From an uncultured Alphaproteobacteria bacterium (GTDB taxonomy: Bacteria > Pseudomonadota > Alphaproteobacteria > CAAHEQ01 > UBA3637), in assembly GCA_934203105.1 (NCBI GenBank), contig CAKPYQ010000006.1, positions 3,288 to 67,287 of the forward strand: a stretch of 64,000 bases of DNA, in the 5' to 3' direction. The position numbers were made by a program, and so were the translations under genes. The notes below the pieces were generated by a model that had not been told where the DNA came from, did no database searches, and worked only from the letters and a program-made list of their open reading frames with translations. How positions within the stretch are numbered: the first letter of the stretch is position 1; the number at the start of each line of letters is the position of its first letter. Below, piece after piece: positions 1 through 7,687 of this stretch.

Positions 1-905
1 GCATTGAATAAAAATCCCGTCAAAGAAAAACCCAACATAATCAAAAATAATAAAGGCAGTAATCCTCTGGCATTTAAATTTTTACGAATGACAAAGGATA
101 TAAAGAAGGTAAATGCTGTTGGTTCGGGAGCATTTCTGTGGATCAATTTGTAAATCGAAGAATAAATGATTTCAAAATAATAATATGCCGGCATAATCAA
201 CGCAGCAAGCCAAAAGCCTTTTGCCGCCATTAACACAAAAAACAACCCCATTAAATAGCCCAAAGGCACGGCTCCGGTTTTGCCCAACAAAACGTCCGGC
301 ATGCGCTTTTTATAGCTGATAAAGCCGATCATCGCGGCTAAAATAATCATCGGGTAATAAGCAAAGGTACTGGTATAAACAAAGGATTGTTCACCACGAA
401 AAGCAAGCGATGGGAATATGGTAAAGCCCAAGCACAAAGCCGATGTTTGAATAATCGTTAAGCCGTTTGCTTTGTCCATACGAGTATAGACGCCAATAAA
501 CAACGCCCACAGAACAGCCGTTGCAAATCGGTCAAAAAACAAAGGCAGAAAGCCTTGAAATACCAACCAATTTTGCGGCAAGAAAACAACGGATAACAAA
601 CAAATAAAAAAGTTTACCCAAAAACGGCGGATTTTTTCGGGATAAATGACATACATTGATAATCCGGCCGCCGCAATCAAAAACGGATATAGTCCGAAGA
701 TGAATTCTTTAAAGGGGAAAAAGCCTCTCGGTGTGGCAACTTGCAATAACGTCCAACCTAAAACAATTGCGCCACAGACCGCTAAACCGGCTTTGTTGCT
801 GGTATCTTGTCCTTGTTCAATGCGTTTGAACTTGCCCAAGTTCAAGAAAGTCAGGCACAATATGAATGTTGTGATAAAAAATAATGCAAATAAATAAAAA
901 CCCAT
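1..905 (-). CDS. Polytopic membrane protein, divergent MraY/WecA (glycosyltransferase family 4)-like. The 3' end runs off the window.
   Basis: I reverse-translated from the ATG (cat at 903-905): MGFYLFALFFITTFILCLTFLNLGKFKRIEQ... The frame stays open to nt 1 and has many hydrophobic spans. VYTRMDKANGL lies where GT4 enzymes carry NAxNxxDGxDGL, and GKTGAVPLGYLMG resembles their C-terminal Gly-rich motif. The ORF is absent from the track because it is open at the window edge. Confidence 0.45.
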   Translation of the reverse strand, partial: MGFYLFALFFITTFILCLTFLNLGKFKRIEQGQDTSNKAGLAVCGAIVLGWTLLQVATPRGFFPFKEFIFGLYPFLIAAAGLSMYVIYPEKIRRFWVNFFICLLSVVFLPQNWLVFQGFLPLFFDRFATAVLWALFIGVYTRMDKANGLTIIQTSALCLGFTIFPSLAFRGEQSFVYTSTFAYYPMIILAAMIGFISYKKRMPDVLLGKTGAVPLGYLMGLFFVLMAAKGFWLAALIMPAYYYFEIIYSSIYKLIHRNAPEPTAFTFFISFVIRKNLNARGLLPLLFLIMLGFSLTGFLFN

Positions 906-949
906 CTTTTCCGACCCCCTTATTTTAAAAGATGCTTTTGGGCTTTTTG

Positions 950-1171
950 TTAAGCCTTATGTCTGAACGAAATTCGCCCCTTTGTTAAATCGTACGGCGT
1001 CATTTCAATTTCGACTTTGTCGCCAACCATAACACGAATGCGGAACTTGCGCATTTTGCCGGCTGTGTGAGCCAAAATTTCATGCCCGTTTTCCAACTGA
1101 ACGCGAAACATTGCATTCGGTAACTTTTCAACAACGGTACCGGTAAACGTTAAAACTTCTTCTTTTGCCAT
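950..1171 (-). CDS. infA: Translation initiation factor IF-1
   Basis: The 73-aa [75 protein letters not shown] matches the highly conserved IF-1 S1/OB-fold sequence pattern. Confidence 0.95.
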   Translation of the reverse strand: MAKEEVLTFTGTVVEKLPNAMFRVQLENGHEILAHTAGKMRKFRIRVMVGDKVEIEMTPYDLTKGRISFRHKA

Positions 1172-1217
1172 ATGTTAAACCTCATTTTTTTATTAGCAAA
1201 TATTTAAATTTTCAAAT

Positions 1218-1246
1218 AATATACACTTATTTTGCCCGCTATGCAA
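1218..1246 (-). promoter_or_regulatory. Putative sigma70 promoter of infA
   Basis: The minus strand reads TTGCAT (1241-1246), a 17-nt spacer, then TATATT (1218-1223), about 47 nt upstream of the infA ATG. Confidence 0.45.
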
Positions 1247-1286
1247 GGGAAAAATAAACGGGATTTCATTTTTACAGAACAAAAGT

Positions 1287-2597
1287 TTATGAATTGTCGT
1301 TTATTTGATCTTCGATATCGGCTAAACGGTTTGATTTTACGGTGTCGCTTTGCAAAGCTTTTTGTGTTTTGGGCAACAATTTTTTGACTTCATTTGTCTT
1401 GCCGGCCAACATTAAATATTCGATTTTGGCGTAGTTGGCCAAATCAAAGTTATTGTTTTGCGCGTATGCGATGTGCAAAAAATACCAAGCATCGGGCAAA
1501 TATTTGTCCCGCGCCGTGATATAAAGCAAATGATCAATCGCTTTTTTTCGATTTTCCGCGTCTCCCGTTTCCAACAAAGCCTGCGCCAAAGACAAGCGAA
1601 TTAAGGACGCTTGGGGCAATAATTCGAATGCTTTTTGATATGCTTGCACGGATTTTTCGATTTGTCCGCTTTCAAATAAAATCTGTCCTTTTAATTCGTA
1701 AAAATAGGGATTTGCAGGCTGTTGCGCGATTAAGCGATCTGTTTTTTGCAATGCTTCGGTAATTTTTGTTTGCTTGAAATCAGCAATTGCATTGGCGTAT
1801 ATGGCCGGCAAAGAGTCATCATTATAAATGATGTGTGTTTCTTCGGGGGATTTTAAAAACGCAAATAATTTGGCCTTTATCATTAAATATTCGGGATCGT
1901 CTTTCATGGGCTTTGCCTGTTCGGCGGCGTTTTGCATAAAAGCCAACCGGTCGCGCGTTAGGGGGTGAGAGCGCAAATAAGTCGGTACATTATCCACACG
2001 CAATCGCTCTTCTTTTTCGATTTTTTTCATAACGTTATAAAGCCCTTGCACAGAATAATCGGATTTACGGATTAAATCAACGGCGATGCTGTCCGCGCTG
2101 TTTTCCTCGCTTTGACGGTAAGCATTTAACATACCGGTTGCTGAGCTCATTCCGCCCAACATAATCGCCATTCCGACATCGCCTCTGCCTGATGCTACGG
2201 CGGCAATGCCCCCTAAAATCGTAGTGATCAAAGCGGTTGTTTGGGCTTTGCCCATTTCGCTGGCTAAACGGATCGTGTGACCGCCGACGACGTGTCCAGT
2301 TTCATGAGCTAATACACCAAAAAACTCGTCGCAATAGTCCGTTTCGATAATCAATCCGGAATAAATGTAAACGATCGATCCGCCGGCAACAAACGCGTTT
2401 AAAGATAAATCATTTATAAAAACAACTTGCACGGCATTGTCATTCAAACCGGCAGATTTGAACAATTTTTTGACCCCTTTTACGGCGTATTGTTCCATTT
2501 GTGTGTCACGAATTACAGATAAGGTATTGCAAAAAGCTTTCTTTTGTGGCATTATAACGCACAAAATGAATAAAATAATATAGAGGATTCTGATCAT
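1287..2597 (-). CDS. M48-family zinc metalloprotease with C-terminal TPR-like repeats (BepA/YfgC-like architecture)
   Basis: The 436-aa ORF has a hydrophobic N-terminal signal-like segment, the HExxH motif HETGHVVGGH, and a helical repeat C-terminal half (QAYQKAFELLPQASLIRLSLAQALLETGD...). Confidence 0.8.
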   Translation of the reverse strand: MIRILYIILFILCVIMPQKKAFCNTLSVIRDTQMEQYAVKGVKKLFKSAGLNDNAVQVVFINDLSLNAFVAGGSIVYIYSGLIIETDYCDEFFGVLAHETGHVVGGHTIRLASEMGKAQTTALITTILGGIAAVASGRGDVGMAIMLGGMSSATGMLNAYRQSEENSADSIAVDLIRKSDYSVQGLYNVMKKIEKEERLRVDNVPTYLRSHPLTRDRLAFMQNAAEQAKPMKDDPEYLMIKAKLFAFLKSPEETHIIYNDDSLPAIYANAIADFKQTKITEALQKTDRLIAQQPANPYFYELKGQILFESGQIEKSVQAYQKAFELLPQASLIRLSLAQALLETGDAENRKKAIDHLLYITARDKYLPDAWYFLHIAYAQNNNFDLANYAKIEYLMLAGKTNEVKKLLPKTQKALQSDTVKSNRLADIEDQINDNS

Positions 2598-3900
2598 GGT
2601 TTTACAATCTCCGTCTTTTTGCGGTGTTTATCATAAAGCGTTTTTGTTGTTGCGTCAATCGATTCTTTTATTTTTGACGGTTGTTTTAGGTGCGTGTTCT
2701 TTGCCTGAGCTTGGCGAAAGGAATGTTGTAGGCGTTGTGGCGGTGAATGATCCCAAGATTGCCAAAGTCGGTCAAGATATGTTGAATGCCGGAGGCAATG
2801 CCGCCGATGCAATGACGGCAATGTTGTTTTCGGGTGGCGTTATTTTACCGTCGCGTATGGGATTGGGCGCCGGTGGAGTTTGCCAAATTTTGGATCCGAC
2901 CGACGGGCGCGTCAAAACATTAAACTTTTTGTCGCGACCAATGTCTTTTGACAGGCAAATAGCCGTTTTGGGTTTGCCGCGCGGTGCGTATACTTTGCAA
3001 AATAAATATGGCAGCAAGCCTTGGCCGGAAGTTGTGAAAAATGCAAAAAGTTTGGCAGAAAATGGCGTCAGCGTTTCCGAACTTTTGTCCAAAGATATTT
3101 TATCGGCTCGCGGTTTGAATGCGTCATGGAAAAAGTTAAAAAAAGGCGATTTGTTAAAACAACCCGCTTTGGCAAAAACGCTTGGTTCAATATCTGTGTC
3201 GGGTGCGGGGATTTTGTATAACGGTGCGTTGGCGCAATCGATTGTCAGCCAAAGTGATCAAATTATCCAAGAAGATTTAAAAAACTTTAAGGCATCTTTT
3301 ATGGACTCGATTGACGTCAGCGGATCGGACGGAAAAACGTTTTTCCCCAATCCGTCGGTGTTGTCTTCGGACGCGTATATGATTTGGCGTGGCGCGAAAA
3401 GCAACAAAGAAGCGCGCCAAACGGAAGCAATTAAGTCTATGCAAAAATTAGAAGATACGATTGTTCCGATTGATAGTCGCGTTCAAGGTATGGGCTTAAT
3501 TGCGGCAGATAAAAGCGGTTTAGTGATTGCGTGTTCCGTGTCGATGGGACGTCCTTTCGGCACGCGTCAATTAACCGAACAAGGATTTTATTTAGGCGCG
3601 GTTATACCACACCAAGATACGCCGTCGGTTTATGCGAACTTCATCAAAACGAATCCTGATGTAACAGATGTTCAAGATGCTTTGGTCGGTGTCGGCAATT
3701 ATGCTTTGGTTGACGGTTTAAATGAATGGGCTTTGCACTCAAACGGTGCTTATTTATTAAACGGTGTCGGAACAACGGAAGACAGGCTTGACGATAAACG
3801 CTCTTTTGCCGGTCTTGTTTGTGAAAAAGGCTATCCGAATCAAGTCGGATCTTGCCAAGAAAATGAAAATACTTACTTTGTGGAGCAAAAGAGTAATTGA
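2596..3900 (+). CDS. Gamma-glutamyltranspeptidase-family protein, probable lipoprotein, lacking the catalytic Thr nucleophile
   Basis: The 434-aa ORF has a lipobox-like VLGAC. Its N-terminal half aligns with the GGT pattern (AKVGQDMLNAGGNAADAMTAMLF...GLGAGGVCQILDP). At the autoprocessing site, where GGTs have TTH, it reads QGMGLIAADKSGLVIACSVSMGRPFG. Confidence 0.65.
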   Translation: MVLQSPSFCGVYHKAFLLLRQSILLFLTVVLGACSLPELGERNVVGVVAVNDPKIAKVGQDMLNAGGNAADAMTAMLFSGGVILPSRMGLGAGGVCQILDPTDGRVKTLNFLSRPMSFDRQIAVLGLPRGAYTLQNKYGSKPWPEVVKNAKSLAENGVSVSELLSKDILSARGLNASWKKLKKGDLLKQPALAKTLGSISVSGAGILYNGALAQSIVSQSDQIIQEDLKNFKASFMDSIDVSGSDGKTFFPNPSVLSSDAYMIWRGAKSNKEARQTEAIKSMQKLEDTIVPIDSRVQGMGLIAADKSGLVIACSVSMGRPFGTRQLTEQGFYLGAVIPHQDTPSVYANFIKTNPDVTDVQDALVGVGNYALVDGLNEWALHSNGAYLLNGVGTTEDRLDDKRSFAGLVCEKGYPNQVGSCQENENTYFVEQKSN

Positions 3901-3950
3901 CAAAAAATCCCCCCTCTTTTATATTAAAGCTAAAGTATAAGGAAACGATA

Positions 3951-4451
3951 ATGAAACTACGCGAAGTTTACGAACAACAAAAAAATTTTTGGGCCGGAGT
4001 GATTTTAATGGCATTGCTGGTGCTGGTTTTGGGACTGTCTTATCACCATAAGTCAAAATCTGTTACCTCTTCCGGTTTGGTGTTGTATGCGACTTATAAC
4101 AAAGCGGACGGGGTGAATGTCGGATCTTCCGTACGATTGGCCGGAGCGCCGGTCGGGCGTGTGACAGCGGCCAGCTTGGACGACTTTTATCGTGTTCAGT
4201 TGACGTTGACTTTGGATAAAGGGATTGAATTGCCTTCGGATACAGCCGCTATTATTGAAACGGACGGTTTGATCGGAAACAAATATATCGAATTATTACC
4301 GGGCGGTGAGGAAGAATTGATGAAGTCCGGGGACAGCTTTATTTATACGCAAGATGTGTTAATGTTGAACGAGTTAATGGAACGCTTTATTCAATGGATG
4401 CGCATTAAAAAAGGCTTTGTCGAACAAGAGTTGATTAAAGGAGATAATTAA
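3951..4451 (+). CDS. mlaD: MlaD-type MCE-domain protein, paralogue 1
   Basis: An N-terminal TM segment (FWAGVILMALLVLVLGL) is followed by an MCE domain (GVNVGSSVRLAGAPVGRVT...ETDGLIGNKYIELLPGG). I chose the ATG at 3951, preceded by AAGGAAA, over the TTG at 3897 used in the ORF track. Confidence 0.8.
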   Translation: MKLREVYEQQKNFWAGVILMALLVLVLGLSYHHKSKSVTSSGLVLYATYNKADGVNVGSSVRLAGAPVGRVTAASLDDFYRVQLTLTLDKGIELPSDTAAIIETDGLIGNKYIELLPGGEEELMKSGDSFIYTQDVLMLNELMERFIQWMRIKKGFVEQELIKGDN

Positions 4452-4913
4452 ATGAAAAAGAATCCTGTTGAAGCGGTTTTAGGTTTTGGTGTGTTGGCAT
4501 TTGCCGGATTGTTTTTGTTTTTTGCAGCCGGACATGTTGATGTGCGTCCGGTGGAAGGCTATCAAGTACAGGCTGCTTTTACTAAAACGGGCGGTTTGGA
4601 AATGGGGGCAGATGTACGCATTAACGGCATTAAAGTCGGCTCTGTAACCAAAATCGAATTGGACAACGAAACGTATATGGCAATGGTTGAAATGACAATC
4701 AAAGACAACATTCGATTGCCGAGAGATACGCAAGCGTCGATTGTAGATTCCGGCATTATGGGCGATAAATATATTCGCCTTGAACCCGGAAAGGATACTA
4801 AAAGAATTATGCCTTACGGCCGTTTGACAAAAACAAATTCCTATAAGTCTTTGGAAGACAATGTACGCGAATTTATTTTCTTGTCGACAAAGGATGATGC
4901 TTCGAAAAAATAA
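4452..4913 (+). CDS. MlaD-type MCE-domain protein, paralogue 2
   Basis: A TM segment (VLGFGVLAFAGLFLFFAA) is followed by an MCE domain (GLEMGADVRINGIKVGSVT...DSGIMGDKYIRLEPGKD). The ATG directly abuts the stop of paralogue 1. Confidence 0.8.
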   Translation: MKKNPVEAVLGFGVLAFAGLFLFFAAGHVDVRPVEGYQVQAAFTKTGGLEMGADVRINGIKVGSVTKIELDNETYMAMVEMTIKDNIRLPRDTQASIVDSGIMGDKYIRLEPGKDTKRIMPYGRLTKTNSYKSLEDNVREFIFLSTKDDASKK

Positions 4914-4923
4914 AGGTAAATAA

Positions 4924-5475
4924 ATGAAAAAAAAGTTTTTTTCTTTGTTGTTTTGTTTGTTGCCGGTTATGGCGTGGGCGACGGATTTGCCGATGGACAT
5001 AGCCGTGTTGCGCGGTTTGGATAAAGTGACGGGACGGATCAGCACTTTTTCTATTCCGGTTGGGCAGATGGGACAATTCGGAAAAACGTTTATAGTTCCG
5101 GAAGCATGCTTTCAACACCCGCCGGAAGAGTCTCCGGAAAACTCGGTGTTTTTATATGTGTTTGAAAAAAGCACCAAAGGTGAAAATATCGAATTATTCA
5201 AAGGGTGGATGTTTTCATCAAATCCGGCTTTATCGTCTATGGAACATCCGGTTTACGATGTGTGGGTGATTGATTGTTTAAAAGATGACGCTGCGCCCGA
5301 AAAAAGCAAAGAAGTTATCGATCAAACGGCTGCGCCGGATATGTCAACGGAGGGTCAATCCACGCATAAAGCGGATAAAAATCCATCGACTGAAAGCGGC
5401 GCGACACCTGTTTTAGAAGAGGGGACTTCTGCGGCGGATTTAGTGCCGGATACGGTCGAAATGGAAGAGTTATAA
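4924..5475 (+). CDS. DUF2155-like exported protein
   Basis: A signal peptide is followed by LRGLDKVTGRISTFSIPVGQ...FIVPEACFQHPPEE...GWMFSSNPALSSMEHPVYDVWVIDC, the pattern of the family usually encoded next to mlaD in alphaproteobacteria. The C-terminal tail is acidic and low complexity. Confidence 0.7.
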   Translation: MKKKFFSLLFCLLPVMAWATDLPMDIAVLRGLDKVTGRISTFSIPVGQMGQFGKTFIVPEACFQHPPEESPENSVFLYVFEKSTKGENIELFKGWMFSSNPALSSMEHPVYDVWVIDCLKDDAAPEKSKEVIDQTAAPDMSTEGQSTHKADKNPSTESGATPVLEEGTSAADLVPDTVEMEEL

Positions 5476-5491
5476 ATAAAAAAAGAAGTCA

Positions 5492-5520
5492 TTGACAAAT
5501 TTAATAAAATCGGTTACATT
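5492..5520 (+). promoter_or_regulatory. Putative sigma70 promoter for the 5558-7616 operon
   Basis: TTGACA (5492-5497), a 17-nt spacer, then TACATT (5515-5520), 38 nt upstream of the ATG at 5558, which is preceded by AAAGGAAAA. Confidence 0.5.
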
Positions 5521-5557
5521 ATCGGTTAAGTTTAACAGCTATTGAAAAGGAAAAATT

Positions 5558-6247
5558 ATGTTGAAAAAAGCATCGCAAACACCAAAAGATGAAACTCAGC
5601 TGGCACAGGACGTTTTGATTAACGAAGTGACGGAAGATTTGCATAACGAGCAAATTATGAATATGTGGAAAAAATACCGCGTTTGGATTTTGCTTGCGGT
5701 GATTTTTGTAATCGGCTCTATTGCGGCTATGGAAGGTTATTTGTCGTGGCGCACCAAAACGCGTTTGGCCGAATCCGATGTTTATGAACAGGCGGCTGTT
5801 TTAAATGCGATGGGACAAACTGATGCTGCGTTGGCAAAATATGCGTCTTTGGACAATGCCAAAACGGATTATCGGTACTTGGCAAAAATGCGTCAAGCCG
5901 GTATTTTGTTCGAACAAGGCAAAGATGCCGACGCATTGGCTTTGTTAGATGCGTTGCGTCAAGATAAATCCGCTCCGCAAACTTTACAAGCAATTGCTGC
6001 CTTGGGGTTTGTCAGTCATCAAATTGAAACCGGTGATGTCGCGACTTTGCAATCGATTTTAAATCCATATATGACTGTCGGCAATAAATGGTATGGCACA
6101 GCGGTGGAAATGTCGATTTTGTTGTTGCTGCGTGACGGGCAATCCGAAAAAGCAATTAAAATGTTAAACGAAGCGTTATCAATGACGAATGTGCCGGCGG
6201 GTGTCAAAGATCGTTTGTCGGTTTTGAAAAAAGCTTTGGAAGGTTAA
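5558..6247 (+). CDS. Single-pass membrane protein with TPR-like periplasmic domain (YfgM-like)
   Basis: The 229-aa ORF has a cytoplasmic N-terminus, one TM segment (VWILLAVIFVIGSIAAM) and a helical repeat domain. It lies immediately upstream of der, as yfgM-like genes do. Confidence 0.6.
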   Translation: MLKKASQTPKDETQLAQDVLINEVTEDLHNEQIMNMWKKYRVWILLAVIFVIGSIAAMEGYLSWRTKTRLAESDVYEQAAVLNAMGQTDAALAKYASLDNAKTDYRYLAKMRQAGILFEQGKDADALALLDALRQDKSAPQTLQAIAALGFVSHQIETGDVATLQSILNPYMTVGNKWYGTAVEMSILLLLRDGQSEKAIKMLNEALSMTNVPAGVKDRLSVLKKALEG

Positions 6248-6251
6248 GTTG

Positions 6252-7616
6252 ATGAAAACAATCGCTATTGTTGGTCGTACAAATGTTGGAAAATCGACGC
6301 TTTTTAACCGCTTGGTTGGGAAAAAACAAGCGATTGTTCACGATTTGCCGGGGGTGACGCGTGATCGAAAAGAAGCAACGGCCAACTTATCAGACATTAC
6401 GTTTCGCGTGATTGATACGGCGGGTTTGGAGACTGAAACGGCTTTGTCAAAGGCGATGTGGGCGCAAACACAAAAGGCGATCGATGAAGCGGATATTGTT
6501 TTAATGGTGGTTGATGCGCGTTCGGAAATTAACCCGTTGGATCGTGACTTGGCGCGCGATTTGCGCAAAGTCGGAAAACCGGTTTTTTTGCTTGCCAACA
6601 AGTGTGAAGGATCTGAACAATACTTGGCGGCAACCGAAGCTTATTCGTTGGGTTTGGGTGATCCGATTGCCGTATCGGGTGAGCATGGTTTGGGAATGTT
6701 GGATTTGTATCAGGCTTTATTGCCGTATTTTCCGGCTGAAGAACGAGGCAAAAAAGTCGATAAATCAAAAGAAAACGCCACGGACGAAGACGAACAAAAG
6801 CCTTTGAAATTGGCGATTTTGGGGCGTCCGAATGTCGGTAAATCGACTTTGGTCAATCAACTGTTGGGACAAGAACGTATGTTGACGGGGCCCGAAGCCG
6901 GTGTGACGCGTGACGCGATATCTATTCCTTTTGAATGGCGCGGGAACAAAATCATTTTGACGGACACGGCCGGATTGCGCAAAAAAGCACGCATTACGCA
7001 TTCGTTGGAAAAAATATCTGCGGCCGACAGCAAGCACGCTTTGGACTTTGCGGAAGTGGTTGTTGTGGTGGTCGATGCGGCCAATCCGTTGGAAGGGCAA
7101 GATTTAACGGTTGCGCGCAAGGTTGTTGAAGAAGGGCGCGCTTTGATTTTGGCGGTCAATAAATGGGATACGGTCAAAAATCAAACGGCGGTCAAAAATA
7201 CGATCCGTATGCGGTTGCATAATTCTTTACAGCAAGTCAAAGGTTTGCCCGTTGTTTACATTTCCGCCAAAACAGGCCAGGGAATGGATCTGTTGATGAA
7301 AGAAGTTTTCCATATTTACAAAGTTTGGAATAAACGTGTGCCGACTGCAAAATTAAATATGTGGTTAAAGTCAATGACGGAAGCAACGCCGCCGCCTTTG
7401 GCGTCAAACGGTCGTCGGATTCCGATGAAGTATATGACGCAAGTCAGTACGCGTCCGCCGACATTTGTTATCTTTTCCAGCAATCCGGACGAATTGCCCG
7501 AATCTTATTTACGGTATTTATCGAACGGCTTGCGCAAAGATTACGGTTTGGACGGAACGCCGATCCGCATAACGATGCGCAAACGCGAAAACCCGTATGC
7601 TTTAAAGAAAAAGTAA
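6252..7616 (+). CDS. der: Ribosome-associated GTPase Der/EngA
   Basis: There are two tandem GTPase domains with GRTNVGKST and GRPNVGKST P-loops and DTAG motifs, plus a KH-like C-terminus. The ATG at 6252 lies one codon inside the TTG start used in the track. Confidence 0.93.
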   Translation: MKTIAIVGRTNVGKSTLFNRLVGKKQAIVHDLPGVTRDRKEATANLSDITFRVIDTAGLETETALSKAMWAQTQKAIDEADIVLMVVDARSEINPLDRDLARDLRKVGKPVFLLANKCEGSEQYLAATEAYSLGLGDPIAVSGEHGLGMLDLYQALLPYFPAEERGKKVDKSKENATDEDEQKPLKLAILGRPNVGKSTLVNQLLGQERMLTGPEAGVTRDAISIPFEWRGNKIILTDTAGLRKKARITHSLEKISAADSKHALDFAEVVVVVVDAANPLEGQDLTVARKVVEEGRALILAVNKWDTVKNQTAVKNTIRMRLHNSLQQVKGLPVVYISAKTGQGMDLLMKEVFHIYKVWNKRVPTAKLNMWLKSMTEATPPPLASNGRRIPMKYMTQVSTRPPTFVIFSSNPDELPESYLRYLSNGLRKDYGLDGTPIRITMRKRENPYALKKK

Positions 7617-7628
7617 TTGTTGTTTATC

Positions 7629-7667
7629 AAAGCCTGCCTTTTTATCAAAGTGCGGGCTTTTTTTATT
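7629..7667. terminator. Intrinsic terminator hairpin between convergent der and mutL
   Basis: AAAGCCTGC (7629-7637) pairs with GCGGGCTTT (7652-7660), with one G-U pair, and is followed by a T-run. A matching A-rich flank lets it serve the opposite strand too. Confidence 0.6.
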
Positions 7668-7687
7668 AAAAATCTGCTTTTGTTTGA

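Noticed and set aside
1990-1998. A perfect DnaA-box-like nonamer, TTATCCACA
   Set aside because: It is a single copy inside the M48 protease coding sequence. There is no cluster of boxes and no AT-rich unwinding element, so it is not an origin.
4479-5045. A 188-aa minus-strand ORF antisense to the second mlaD paralogue and the DUF2155 gene
   Set aside because: The sense-strand genes have clear domain signatures. The antisense product has no motif and no RBS.
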